38,298 nucleotides of DNA from the NCBI GenBank assembly GCA_046318155.1, contig JBKCUU010000122.1:1-38298 (forward strand). Reading direction: 5' to 3'. Every line of letters begins with the position of its first letter. The first letter of the stretch is position 1. The position numbers and the translations under genes were made by a program. This document shows, piece after piece, positions 9,000 to 18,876 of this stretch. The DNA is from Bdellovibrio sp. Lineage in GTDB: Bacteria; Bdellovibrionota; Bdellovibrionia; Bdellovibrionales; Bdellovibrionaceae. The notes under the pieces were generated by a model, which had not been told where the DNA came from, made no database searches, and saw nothing but the letters and a program-made list of their open reading frames with translations.

Positions 9000-11900
9000 C
9001 GGAACTCCCGACGGAATTCGAGATCCAGACCCAAAATGCTTTCGGTTTCTTGAACTTCTTGAATGCTTTGTTGATCGGCCCGGTTTTTTTGTTCAAAAGT
9101 GCCGATGGCCGAAACATTCGGCGACAATGAATACTCGAATCGATACTCGTCGGGCTGCTGGTCCGGCGGGAAGGCAACCGAAATTTTGGTTTTCTCAGAG
9201 AGCTGCTTAGTCACCGTAAATTTGCGAACCTCAACGTTGCGGGTGTTGTCGTATGCCGAAGAGTACTGCACGTTAATGCCCGCCGCCTTCTGAAATTTTT
9301 TGACAGGCTCAAATTGCTGCAAGAGGGCTGTGCCCACCTGAAATTGACCCGACTGTTCTTGGTCTTTCTGAGCCAGGCGTTTGTCGACATCTGCCGATGT
9401 CACGCCAAGGGCTAAGAGTGAAACGATATCTTGCTCCGACAAGGGCGGGGTACTGGAAGTTCGAATGACGGGGTTCTTGGCCGTTCCTTGAACCAAGAGG
9501 TTGACATCATACTCTTTCACACGCGCGCTCGCCGAAACATAAAGTTCGGGATTGAGTTCTTTGGGATCGTTAAAGCGAATATTGGCGCTACTCACATCAA
9601 AGGTTTTGTCGCGGAACAACAGCTTCGTGCCGCGTTCGCCCGTGATGCCGCCAAAAAGCAAAGGACTTCCGGGTGGGCCCTTGACCTGGATCTGACCCGT
9701 GATTGTTCCATCGACCATCGAGTTTTGGATGGTCAGAGGCTGGTTGATCAGGATTTGGAGATCGAGCAAGAGCGGCTCGAACGCACGCTGAAGAATGATT
9801 TTGGGGAGGTAACTACTCTGACGAATTTCATTTGAGAGGCCGTCGCCGCCGAGTTCTTTGTCGACAAAGCCACTTTGCACCCGGTACACGCCCGACAAGG
9901 TAAACGGAAACCAGCTCCCCGACAAGGTCAAATCACCAGAGCCCGTTGTACGCACCCGATCTGGAACGTTGAGCGTGACGCCATTCACTTGTGCGCGGAT
10001 TTGGGTGGGTATGTCGCGGACACCGTTGATGGTCACATGACCGTCAGCCGAGAAGGTCCCGCCGCCAAGTTCACCTTTGGCCGAACTGATCAGTACTTTG
10101 CTTTGCGAGAACTGAACATCGGCATCGATTTTTTCGAAGGGATGACCAAAGCCTTTGGCTTTGACGAACGCCGCTTGTGTCTGAGCCGACCCCAAAATTT
10201 CGGGTTTAAAGATGCCGCCGCCGACGGTGACCGAGGCTCTGGCTTTGCCCGAGAACTCTTCGAGAAAAGGCAAAAAGATTTGAAACAAGCGGAGCTCGGC
10301 TTCGACTTTCACCGTCGCCTCGAGGCGGTCACGCGAGGATCCTGCTGTGGCAACTTCAAGACGTGCTCCAGAGCCCGTGAGCAAAAAGTTTTCAAGCGCA
10401 AACGAACCATCACGTGCCGTGATTTGAATCGGCCGAGGATTTTCGAGCGACAAAGTCCCACGTTTTAAAAAGACACGCGCAATTGTGCTTTTGCCCGAAG
10501 AATTCCAAAAGCCACCGCGTTCGGCAAACAGATCGATCGTGCCCGTCAGGCTCGCTTGGTATTCCGAAATCAGGTTACCCGCGCCCAGCAAAGTGAACAA
10601 AGAGGTAAAGTTCCAATCCTCGGCATCGACGTTCAGGCGAAAGTTCTCGGACTCGTTAAACGGAAACTTAAACTTGGACGTCAGTTTGCCGCCAACCATG
10701 CTGGCGGTGCCTTCCATCGCCAGCGAATTGATTTTGACGTCAGCAAGCGTGTCGGGAAGTTCTTTTTCATCAACGATTAAGTTCTGAATGTTGGCCGTCA
10801 GCAATAAATTCGGAGAGCTGAGCTGCCCTGTGATCCCCATCTGAAAGTTCAAGAGGCCGCTGATGTTTGAACCCAGCCGGGAGATGTTTTCGGACTGCTC
10901 GAGCGGAAGTTCAGTTCCCTTCACGAGAAAATCAATTTCGCCAGAGGGATGACCCGTGCCCGACATTTCAATTTGATGTTTGCCTTTACTGGCTAAGGCT
11001 CGATCAAATTTAAACTTGCCGACGTTTGATGAGACTTGAACATCCACCAGATCAAAGTTCTCGTTGGCCGCGCTGACTTTGCTAAACTGCGCTTTGCCTT
11101 GATAGGTGAGCTTGTTGATCTCGAGCGGACCCTCAAGTTCAATGTTGCCAATGCCCGAGCCGGTCAGTTCAATCGGAATCTTAATCCGCCTTTCCAAGAT
11201 TTGGGTGATATCAACAAGATCGGCGCGGTCACTTTTGGCCGAGACTTTCAAGCGGTTGCGCTCCAGGTCTAAAGCCACCGTGCCCGAGTAAGACGTCGCC
11301 CCCACCACTCCGCTGACATTTTCAAAATACAGGAGACCCCGGTCATAGCGAAGTCCGGTGCGCAATTGACCTAAGAAAAAGTTCTCGAAGTAAATGTCTT
11401 GGCCCTCGGCCTGCAGCTGAAAATGAGCGCTCCTACTATGGCCGGCCGTCTTGCCGTTGATGCGTGCCGAGCCCTCGAGCTTAAGGCCACTTAAGTGCGG
11501 CACGTTTTTAAAGTTGAGGCGGGGAGTCGCAAACTGAATTTCAAATCCGCTTTCGTAGTGGATGACGCCCGAGCTGGTGCCGGCATCTTGTCCGATCTCG
11601 AGCTTGGTCTCGTAAGCGATTTTTTCGAGATCTATCGCAAAGCGGCCGTCAGCCTCAAAATTGTCGATCTGCAGAATCGTTTTTTCGAGGCCCTCGCCGC
11701 TGCGAACTTCAAGCTGATCGCCTTGCGCGGTGCCCTCGCATTCGATGAGCAAATCGGGGTACAAGGGGCCTGCGCACGTCACCTTGGTGGTCACAAAAGC
11801 TTCAAGCGGCAAATCGCCAACGCCCAGCTTCAATAAGAGCTCATGGAGATCGATGGCTTCGGCCTGGATTTTGGCTTTGAGCTCGACCCCTTTGAACGCA

Positions 11901-12952
11901 TCATTTTGCCGGATCAAGTTGAGTTCGATGTCCCGCACGTCGGCCAAGCCTGCATCATTGGTGAGTAGAACTTTGTCGACCTGAATGGTGTCGTTCAAGA
12001 GCCGACCTTCGGTTTCGACTTGTCCGATCTGAAATTGATCCACTTTGAGTCCCGAACCAAATAAACGAAAGCCACCGCTGACCATCGACCCTTGAGCGAG
12101 TTCAAGTTGGCCTTTCATTTCGACGTTGCCTTCGAGTTGCGGCGCTGATTTTATTTTTTTAAGGAGTTGGCCGATTTGCGGCAGAGCCGCTTTGACTTCC
12201 CATTGTGCTGAACCCTCGGGCGCCATCAGCAAGTAAGGCAAATTTGTAAAGCTGGCCGTCGCTCGTACCAAACTTCCAAGCCCGAGCAGACGCAAATCCG
12301 TGACATCAAGCCCCTGCGGACTGAGCGACGCGTCCGCTTGGAGCCTGAGCGGCGACGCTAAATCGCCCCAAACCAAATCAGCATCTTGCAGATCAAGCCT
12401 GATTTGCAATCGCTCTCGCTCGTTCAAGATCAACATGTCGAATTCGATCAAGTCGGCCTCAAGGTTATGCTTTGAGCTTGAGACATGCATACTGGCGCTT
12501 TGCAGGGCTAGGCGGCTAACGGGAATTTTTTTGAGCGCGCGGAAGATGGGGGCCCAGTCGATGGGTTTGGGTTCATCTTTGCTGACAAGAAAAGGATCCA
12601 AGTCAACATCGGTTCCAAATCCTTCGATCGTCACGCCCGACAGCCGCACGCGTCCGGCGAGGATCTGCAGCAAATCCAATTTAGCGGTGGCGCGGTCGAT
12701 ATCAAATTTCATCGGGCCCAAATCAAGTTCGGCTTTGGCTTGGATTTGAAGGCCTATGAGTTCCGCTTGCGGCAAAAAATATTCGAAACGAAAAGCTTGC
12801 GCCGTCATAACAACCGGCAGATTCGCCCTTGAAAAGCTTTCGAGATTGGTCAGAACCCAAGATTCGACACGGGGTTTTGCCAATTGAGCCATCACGGTCA
12901 TGATCGCCACCAGCACCACCGCCGGTCCCAATATCAGGAGCCAGCGTCTCAT
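8996..12952 (-). CDS. tamB: Translocation/assembly module TamB (AsmA-like, DUF490 C-terminus)
   Basis: N-terminal TM anchor, long beta-rich body and DUF490-like C-terminus (GTAKNP...SSTPPLSEQDIVSLLALG). Start at ATG 12952 gives an ATGA overlap with the upstream gene. Confidence 0.88.
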   Translation of the reverse strand: MRRWLLILGPAVVLVAIMTVMAQLAKPRVESWVLTNLESFSRANLPVVMTAQAFRFEYFLPQAELIGLQIQAKAELDLGPMKFDIDRATAKLDLLQILAGRVRLSGVTIEGFGTDVDLDPFLVSKDEPKPIDWAPIFRALKKIPVSRLALQSASMHVSSSKHNLEADLIEFDMLILNERERLQIRLDLQDADLVWGDLASPLRLQADASLSPQGLDVTDLRLLGLGSLVRATASFTNLPYLLMAPEGSAQWEVKAALPQIGQLLKKIKSAPQLEGNVEMKGQLELAQGSMVSGGFRLFGSGLKVDQFQIGQVETEGRLLNDTIQVDKVLLTNDAGLADVRDIELNLIRQNDAFKGVELKAKIQAEAIDLHELLLKLGVGDLPLEAFVTTKVTCAGPLYPDLLIECEGTAQGDQLEVRSGEGLEKTILQIDNFEADGRFAIDLEKIAYETKLEIGQDAGTSSGVIHYESGFEIQFATPRLNFKNVPHLSGLKLEGSARINGKTAGHSRSAHFQLQAEGQDIYFENFFLGQLRTGLRYDRGLLYFENVSGVVGATSYSGTVALDLERNRLKVSAKSDRADLVDITQILERRIKIPIELTGSGIGNIELEGPLEINKLTYQGKAQFSKVSAANENFDLVDVQVSSNVGKFKFDRALASKGKHQIEMSGTGHPSGEIDFLVKGTELPLEQSENISRLGSNISGLLNFQMGITGQLSSPNLLLTANIQNLIVDEKELPDTLADVKINSLAMEGTASMVGGKLTSKFKFPFNESENFRLNVDAEDWNFTSLFTLLGAGNLISEYQASLTGTIDLFAERGGFWNSSGKSTIARVFLKRGTLSLENPRPIQITARDGSFALENFLLTGSGARLEVATAGSSRDRLEATVKVEAELRLFQIFLPFLEEFSGKARASVTVGGGIFKPEILGSAQTQAAFVKAKGFGHPFEKIDADVQFSQSKVLISSAKGELGGGTFSADGHVTINGVRDIPTQIRAQVNGVTLNVPDRVRTTGSGDLTLSGSWFPFTLSGVYRVQSGFVDKELGGDGLSNEIRQSSYLPKIILQRAFEPLLLDLQILINQPLTIQNSMVDGTITGQIQVKGPPGSPLLFGGITGERGTKLLFRDKTFDVSSANIRFNDPKELNPELYVSASARVKEYDVNLLVQGTAKNPVIRTSSTPPLSEQDIVSLLALGVTSADVDKRLAQKDQEQSGQFQVGTALLQQFEPVKKFQKAAGINVQYSSAYDNTRNVEVRKFTVTKQLSEKTKISVAFPPDQQPDEYRFEYSLSPNVSAIGTFEQKNRADQQSIQEVQETESILGLDLEFRREFR

Positions 12953-14007
12953 CGGGCTCGCCCTCTCCACACAGCCAGCAGGGTGACCCCTGCCATGTAG
13001 TTGGGCTTGATATTCACGAGACCTTCCATCAAATCAATCGCTTCGAACCGACGGCCTAAGCCCCAAAGAGCTTGCGAGCGCAGGTACGTGATCGCGATGG
13101 TGGCATCTGGATTGGCCGAGGTTGTCTTTTCGAGTTCGACCAAATCCGCCAAGAGTTCAACGTAACGCCTAGTTCTTAACAAAGCTTGGAGTCGAAGCCA
13201 AATTGCCGATTCAGACTCGGGCGGCGTGACAAAACTGAGCGTGCCATTTGGGTTTTCCCACATCATGTGGGCGACGCCAAAATCAGTTTTGAGCTCAGGA
13301 TCAACAGCCCCCTGGCGGCCGCTCTCTTCGCAATACGTCTTCATCGAACCTTGAATTGCTTGCAGAATCTGGAGACTCTCGGGATCGAGTTCAGCTTCAT
13401 AGTCTTCAAAGTTGCGCTCATCGGGCTTGGACATTTTGGATTCGAGTAAACGCAGGGCTTTGCGACTGCGGTGCTCGGTAAACTGATCTTGAATTTGTGG
13501 GTCACGCGGAAACATTTTAAGAACTTTCTCGAGCAGGCGGCCTTCTTGTTCGTCCATTTCCTGCGACCGGAGCGTGTCGATTTGCAGCAACAGTTCGCGC
13601 TTGAGGTGCAAGGCTTTTTCGTTCAGCGCTCGGCGCCGAAGCTCGCGCTCTTTGGTCATCGAGTCACCAAAAGAATCCATGACGTGGCTGCGAGCGAGAT
13701 GCCAGCCCAGCGATTGTTCTTCGGCGCCTTGGAGCATCGCGGTTAGAATTTCTTGATCGAGGCGGTCATCGGCCATCGCGAGAGCTTCAACAAAATGTCC
13801 CCACGGAATAGGCGAACCCAATTCAATTTGTCCGCACAAAAAATCAAGGAGCGAGGCGGAAAGGCCGGCATGCAAAAAAAAAGTGGAGATCAATTCAGAT
13901 TGCGCCAAAGTGAGTGGGCTTGATCGGTATTTTTCGGACAAAGCTCGGGCTGCGCCATCGGCGTTACCGTGCAAAATAAGAAGGGACTGAATCTCGAGTT
14001 CTAACAC
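12949..14007 (-). CDS. TPR-like protein, probable homologue of Bdellovibrio Bd2492 (SgmX-like)
   Basis: Helical protein with a C-terminal TPR-like unit (YLRSQALWGLGRRFEAIDLMEGLVNIKPNY); lies between efp and tamB-omp85, matching the recalled Bdellovibrio synteny. Confidence 0.7.
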   Translation of the reverse strand: MLELEIQSLLILHGNADGAARALSEKYRSSPLTLAQSELISTFFLHAGLSASLLDFLCGQIELGSPIPWGHFVEALAMADDRLDQEILTAMLQGAEEQSLGWHLARSHVMDSFGDSMTKERELRRRALNEKALHLKRELLLQIDTLRSQEMDEQEGRLLEKVLKMFPRDPQIQDQFTEHRSRKALRLLESKMSKPDERNFEDYEAELDPESLQILQAIQGSMKTYCEESGRQGAVDPELKTDFGVAHMMWENPNGTLSFVTPPESESAIWLRLQALLRTRRYVELLADLVELEKTTSANPDATIAITYLRSQALWGLGRRFEAIDLMEGLVNIKPNYMAGVTLLAVWRGRAR

Positions 14008-14065
14008 CCTTCTATTTTGCTTAAAATTTCAGTGAAAATGCAGACTTGCTGCAATGTATTAGGAC

Positions 14066-14629
14066 CTAGGCCGTGACGCGTGAAACGTAGTCGCCCGAGA
14101 GCGTATCCACGCGGAGCAAGTCGCCTTCATTGATGTGCAAGGGGACCTTCACCACTAGACCTGTTTCTAGGGTCGCGGGTTTTGTCGCGCCCGTCACCGT
14201 ATCACCCCGCATGCCGGGATCGGTTTTTGCCACTTTCAAATTGACCGCTTTAGGAACGTCACATGAAACGGGCCGCTCGTTGTAAAATAGAATCACAACC
14301 TCAAGATTTTCGACGAGGTAGTTTTTGGCCTCACCGATTTCGTTTTCCATCACACAAATTTGCTCGAAGGACTCTTTATCCATGAAGTTGTAACCGTTGT
14401 CGTCACGGTACAAGAACGTCATTTCTTTATTGAGAACATCGGGAACTTCGAAGCGCTCGCCCGATTTGAAGGTGCGCTCAAGCTGTTGGCCGGTGAGCAA
14501 GTTGCGAAGTTTCGTGCGGGTGAACTGATTGCCTTTGCCGGGCTTCACGTGTTGAAAATCAAGGACTTGATAGGGCGATCCTTCAACCATAACTCGGAGA
14601 CCTTTTTTAAAATCTGACAGATCATACAT
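14066..14629 (-). CDS. efp: Elongation factor P
   Basis: Motifs FQHVKPGKG, GDT...KPATLETG and VPLHINEGD; ATG 14629 with GGGAG upstream. Confidence 0.97.
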   Translation of the reverse strand: MYDLSDFKKGLRVMVEGSPYQVLDFQHVKPGKGNQFTRTKLRNLLTGQQLERTFKSGERFEVPDVLNKEMTFLYRDDNGYNFMDKESFEQICVMENEIGEAKNYLVENLEVVILFYNERPVSCDVPKAVNLKVAKTDPGMRGDTVTGATKPATLETGLVVKVPLHINEGDLLRVDTLSGDYVSRVTA

Positions 14630-14659
14630 GCTCAAAACTCCCGCATTAAATGAAGAGAC

Positions 14660-14689
14660 ACCCTAGCTTTGAGGCTTCAATCAAGTCAA
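14660..14689 (-). promoter_or_regulatory. Putative sigma70 promoter of efp
   Basis: TTGACT-N18-TAGGGT on the minus strand, 30 nt above the ATG. Confidence 0.4.
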
Positions 14690-14730
14690 CACAAGTCCGT
14701 GGCCAACGACGTTGCGAGAATTCCGCAGTC

Positions 14731-15546
14731 TTAGCCCTGGAGTTGGCGCATGTCTTCGAGCTTTTTGAGGATTTTTTGGAGGCTTAGGATTTGTTTTTCG
14801 ACCACCGCGCGTTCGCGGGACAGAAGGGGGCGCAAAGGTTCGGCCTCGTCTTCCTCGTCATCTTTGAGCAGTTCCCAGCGGCGCCGCACTTGCGGGTGCT
14901 CGGGGAATTCTTGAAAAAGATCATCGACCATGTGTTTGGCTTTTTTCAATTCATTGCGCACCAAAAGAGCATCAATCAGAGACAACTGGCGCTCCAGTCG
15001 GCGCAAAGGATCCTCATTCGGGGCTGAGCCGGGCTTGGCTTTGGCAACCGGAATGGACGGCGTTGTCAAAGCCAAAGACTCCAGAGCGCGCGGGAGAGGT
15101 TTCATTTGAAACAGATCTTCTTCGTAATCCGTGGCCGAAAGCGTCTCGAGTTTTTGCACCGCTTTTTGCGAGCGCTCACTGGTGGGGTTGAGAAACAGCG
15201 CCATTTTGTGTGCTTTTAAGGCATCTTGTGGGCGTTGAAGTTCGATGTAAGCTTGTCCCAAGAGTTGATAAGCCAGCAAATTTTCAGGCGAGATTTGGAC
15301 GGCTTTGTGCAAGATCGGAAGAGCTTCGTCATAACGTTTTTGCGAGGTGAGCAGTCGGCCCAGCGCAACATACCCGCCGATATAATGCGGGTGGAGCTCC
15401 ATCCCTTTGCGCGCAGTGTTTTCGGCTTCTTTGAGCAGTCCTCTTTCGCGATAAGCATCAGCCAGCGCAGCGAAGACTTTGGAATTTGGCTCTTTCTGCA
15501 AAATTTCTTGGTACTTCTCAAGGGTTGCAAGCGATATCTGACTCAT
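14731..15546 (-). CDS. Tetratricopeptide-repeat protein
   Basis: Three to four clear TPRs (VFAALADAYRERG, GYVALGRLL, AYQLLGQAYIELQ); start taken at ATG 15546. Confidence 0.85.
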   Translation of the reverse strand: MSQISLATLEKYQEILQKEPNSKVFAALADAYRERGLLKEAENTARKGMELHPHYIGGYVALGRLLTSQKRYDEALPILHKAVQISPENLLAYQLLGQAYIELQRPQDALKAHKMALFLNPTSERSQKAVQKLETLSATDYEEDLFQMKPLPRALESLALTTPSIPVAKAKPGSAPNEDPLRRLERQLSLIDALLVRNELKKAKHMVDDLFQEFPEHPQVRRRWELLKDDEEDEAEPLRPLLSRERAVVEKQILSLQKILKKLEDMRQLQG

Positions 15547-15552
15547 GACTTG

Positions 15553-15620
15553 AGCTTGCCTTGAAAACCTGGTCACCGGCAACATTTTCTTTTGACCCCC
15601 GCCCGCGGGATGGCTTCAAT
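15553..15620. promoter_or_regulatory. Back-to-back sigma70-like promoters for the TPR gene (-) and ruvC (+)
   Basis: Minus strand: TTGCCG (15577-82)-N18-CAAGCT (15553-58), 6 nt to ATG. Plus strand: TTGACC (15592-97)-N17-TTCAAT (15615-20), 9 nt to ATG. Confidence 0.5.
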
Positions 15621-15629
15621 AGCAGCAAC

Positions 15630-16142
15630 ATGGCAGCAGAATCTCCGCTTATTATTTTAGGGGTCGACCCCGGCTCGCACCGCACGGGATTTGGTTTGAT
15701 CGAAGTCACCGGAGAGCGAATCCGGCATTTGAACCATGGTGTCATCATGTTGTCGGATGAAGCCAGTTTTCCAGCCAAGATGTTGGCGCTGGGCGAGAGT
15801 TTGCAAATGCTCATGAAAAAAAATGGGCCGAAGGTGATAGCGGTCGAAAAAATCTTCTTGGGAAAATCTCCTGAAAGCGCCTTTCAGTTAGGCCATGCTC
15901 GAGGCGTCGTCCTGGCCGAAAGTGCGCGCAGTGGGGCCCAAATTTGTGAGTACGCCACGCGGTCGGTTAAAAAGGGCGTCACCGGGAACGGCGGTGCCAG
16001 CAAGGAAGACGTGCAAACAGCCTTGCAAAAGCTGCTCGGACTTGTGAAGCTCGTCAATCTGGACGCCTCGGATGCGCTTGCGCTGGCGGTGTACCAAAGC
16101 CAAAAAACCTTGACCGCAACGCGGGAGAAAAAACTCAGATGA
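15630..16142 (+). CDS. ruvC: Crossover junction endodeoxyribonuclease RuvC
   Basis: Motifs ILGVDPG..RTGFG, AVEKIF, LGHARG, VKKGVTGNGGASK and DASDALA. Confidence 0.96.
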   Translation: MAAESPLIILGVDPGSHRTGFGLIEVTGERIRHLNHGVIMLSDEASFPAKMLALGESLQMLMKKNGPKVIAVEKIFLGKSPESAFQLGHARGVVLAESARSGAQICEYATRSVKKGVTGNGGASKEDVQTALQKLLGLVKLVNLDASDALALAVYQSQKTLTATREKKLR

Positions 16143-16717
16143 TCGGATCGCTTCGTGGTGAAATTCAAGACGTGAGTGCCGAGCATGTGCTGATTGAAGT
16201 GGGCGGTGTCGGTTACGAGTGTCTGGCCTCTTTAGGGACGTTGGCCGAGCTTTCAGTCAAGCGCGGACAAACTCTATTTTTATTGACCTATACGCACGTT
16301 CGCGAAGACGCGCTTCAGTTGTTTGCTTTTACCGACCGGGCTGAAAAAAATCTGTTTCTTTCGCTTTTAAAAGTCAATGGCATCGGCCCCAAAATGGCGC
16401 TCAATATTTTGTCGGGCGATCGGGTCGAGCGGATTTTGAACCTGATTGATCAAGGCGATGCCAAAGCGCTTTCAAAGTTTCCGAAAGTGGGCAAAAAAAC
16501 GGCCGAGCAAATGGTGCTGACTCTGAAAGGTAAATTGGTCTTGATTGAAACATCTCTTGCGCCGGTGCCTCCGGGCCGCAACAAAGAACTCACGTCGGCT
16601 CTGGTGAACTTAGGCTTTCGCTTGAGTGATGTCGAAAAGGTCGTTGAAGATCTACCTAAAGAACTGGATCTCCAAGAGGGAATCCGCCAGGGCCTGGCCG
16701 CCTTGACGACGATGTAA
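16139..16717 (+). CDS. ruvA: Holliday junction branch migration protein RuvA
   Basis: Motifs MIGSLRG, VGGVGY, HVREDA, KVNGIGPKMAL, KVGKKTAE and ALVNLGF. Confidence 0.97.
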   Translation: MIGSLRGEIQDVSAEHVLIEVGGVGYECLASLGTLAELSVKRGQTLFLLTYTHVREDALQLFAFTDRAEKNLFLSLLKVNGIGPKMALNILSGDRVERILNLIDQGDAKALSKFPKVGKKTAEQMVLTLKGKLVLIETSLAPVPPGRNKELTSALVNLGFRLSDVEKVVEDLPKELDLQEGIRQGLAALTTM

Positions 16718-16727
16718 GGGGAGAGCA

Positions 16728-17774
16728 ATGGTCAAAATTATTGATGCCACATCCGAAGATTTTTTGTTTGCCAATCAAGAGACGCGAAAAAACGTCTCCT
16801 CACTTGTTATTGAGGGTGATGTCTCTTGGGAAAACCAACTGCGTCCGCATCGCTTCGAAGACTTTCCGGGCCAAGATGACGTCAAAGAAAAATTGCGCGT
16901 GTTTGTTCAGGCCGCGCAGGCCCGCAAAGAACCTTTGGACCACGTGCTTTTGTCGGGACCTCCCGGTTTAGGTAAAACCACGCTCGCCCAAATCCTAGCA
17001 GCCGAAATGGGCTCTGAGATTAAAGTCACGTCGGCACCCGCGATCGAGAAAAAGGGTGATTTAGCCGCGATTCTCACAAGTCTAAAGCCCTTTTCAGTTT
17101 TGTTCATTGATGAAATTCACCGCCTGGGCCGTTCGATCGAGGAGTATTTGTACACGGCGATGGAAGATTATTACCTGGACATCGTCACGGGCGAGGGCCT
17201 GGGCGCGCGATCGATGAAATTTCAGCTTGTCCCCTTTACTCTCGTGGGTGCAACCACACGTGCGGGTCTTTTGAATGGTCCCTTTCGCGACCGCTTCGGT
17301 ATTGTCGAGCGCCTGCAGTTTTATGACCGCAAAGCTTTGCAGCAAATTTTAATGCGCTCGTCTGAAATCTTGGGCATCCAAGGTGACGATCAGGGTTTTG
17401 CAGAGATTGCCAACCGCGCCCGCGGCACGCCAAGAATCGCCAACCGCTTGCTGAAGCGTGTGCGTGATTATGCGCAGGTCAAAGGCAACGGCCGAATTGA
17501 TGGCGAGATGTCGAGATATGCGCTGGATCAGCTTGGTGTTGATAAGCGTGGCCTTGATCCCATGGACCGCCGAATCTTGCAAATGATTGGCGAAAAATTT
17601 GGTGGAGGCCCCGTCGGCATTGAAACGATGGCCGCGGCCTTAAGCGAAGAGTCCGATACTCTCGAAGAAGTTTACGAGCCGTTTTTGATTCAAGAAGGCC
17701 TTTTGCAAAAAACCCAGCGCGGACGCATTCTCACTGAGAATGGCAAAAAGCACCTGGGATTTTCTGAAGTTTAA
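16728..17774 (+). CDS. ruvB: Holliday junction DNA helicase RuvB
   Basis: Motifs LRP, GPPGLGKTT, FIDEIHRL, GATTRAG, RGTPRIANRLL and GGPVG. Confidence 0.98.
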   Translation: MVKIIDATSEDFLFANQETRKNVSSLVIEGDVSWENQLRPHRFEDFPGQDDVKEKLRVFVQAAQARKEPLDHVLLSGPPGLGKTTLAQILAAEMGSEIKVTSAPAIEKKGDLAAILTSLKPFSVLFIDEIHRLGRSIEEYLYTAMEDYYLDIVTGEGLGARSMKFQLVPFTLVGATTRAGLLNGPFRDRFGIVERLQFYDRKALQQILMRSSEILGIQGDDQGFAEIANRARGTPRIANRLLKRVRDYAQVKGNGRIDGEMSRYALDQLGVDKRGLDPMDRRILQMIGEKFGGGPVGIETMAAALSEESDTLEEVYEPFLIQEGLLQKTQRGRILTENGKKHLGFSEV

Positions 17775-17777
17775 GTC

Positions 17778-18245
17778 ATGCGAGCGCCCCGCGTTCCCAA
17801 ATCGAAAAAAACCAGGACTCCCAAAAAAATAAAGGGCGAGAATCTGGGCCCCATTGACACTCGAACTCCCCTGATGTTTCGTGATGAGCTCCCGGCTGAA
17901 AAGCTCAAAGCAGCCAAAAAGATTTCGGATCTCCGAAATTTGGGCCCTACGATGGAAAAAGTCCTGTACAAAGCGGGAGTGAAAACTGTCGATCAGTTTG
18001 TCAAATTGGGTTGGCAAAAGGCGATGGGCCGCTTGATCTTGATTCACCCGCGTTATATGCACGCCATTTGCGCTTACGCACTCATTGGTGCCCTCAAGAA
18101 TGTGGACTGGAATCGCATTTCGCCCGGGGATAAAGCCGAGGCCCTTCAGTTGATGGCCAAACTTCGCCAAGAAAATCCGAAAAAGAAAAAAGCCAGAACC
18201 AAAACGGGGTCTCAGTCGCGGTCCAAAGTAGCGAAAAAGAAGTGA
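17778..18245 (+). CDS. TfoX/Sxy C-terminal-domain protein with Lys-rich tails
   Basis: ISDLRNLGPTMEKVLYKAGVKTVDQFVKLG...YALIGAL..VDW matches the TfoX_C pattern. Confidence 0.75.
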   Translation: MRAPRVPKSKKTRTPKKIKGENLGPIDTRTPLMFRDELPAEKLKAAKKISDLRNLGPTMEKVLYKAGVKTVDQFVKLGWQKAMGRLILIHPRYMHAICAYALIGALKNVDWNRISPGDKAEALQLMAKLRQENPKKKKARTKTGSQSRSKVAKKK

Positions 18246-18252
18246 GCCGATT

Positions 18253-18876
18253 TTAGCGGCTGCCGCGATTGAAGTTCATGGTGGTGGCGGGGGGAGACCA
18301 GATCAGCTGAAATTGCAATTCAGCGCCATCGACAAATGAATTGTGCGAGATGCCGGAGTTATCACCTTGTTTGATCGGTCCGGACTTGTACCAGGCACCC
18401 AGTGCCCAGTACCAGCTCTCGTTCATTGGTATTTCAAAACCCGCACCAAAACCTGAAATCGGTGAGGTCAGAGTCACCTCGCTAGCCGTTGATCCCGATA
18501 CTTTGTTAGTCATGCGTCCCATCCCCGCCGCCAAAAAGACGTGAGGGTTTGGAAGCACCTTGAGACCAAAAAATGTTTCATCCCGTTTGAAGATGTTCGA
18601 AGAGGGATCTCCTTTGGCCTCGCCCACTAGGTAAGACCCAAAAAGCCGGAATTCACTTGTTGCCGATCGCCAAACTTGGATGTCGATGCCAATTCCCCAT
18701 TGATAACCTTTGTAAGACGCGAAGGAGCCGTCTGAATTGAGCAGGCGACTTTCAAGGTAAGAAACCGGAAGTGAGACCGATACAACCCCACGTTCGGTGA
18801 CGGTCGTTACACCGCCTGTTTGAGCGTGAACAGTGAGTGCCCATAAGCTGACAAGCAGCAAGGCTGCGATTTTCAT
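18253..18876 (-). CDS. Small outer-membrane beta-barrel protein
   Basis: Signal peptide MKIAALLL...VHA from ATG 18876 (ATGA overlap with the upstream gene), followed by about 8 amphipathic, aromatic/Gly-rich strands. Confidence 0.65.
   Translation of the reverse strand: MKIAALLLVSLWALTVHAQTGGVTTVTERGVVSVSLPVSYLESRLLNSDGSFASYKGYQWGIGIDIQVWRSATSEFRLFGSYLVGEAKGDPSSNIFKRDETFFGLKVLPNPHVFLAAGMGRMTNKVSGSTASEVTLTSPISGFGAGFEIPMNESWYWALGAWYKSGPIKQGDNSGISHNSFVDGAELQFQLIWSPPATTMNFNRGSR

Noticed and set aside
14066..14629. Unusual EF-P modification type
   Set aside because: The loop is the ordinary KPGKG (Lys type) and no modification enzyme gene is adjacent.
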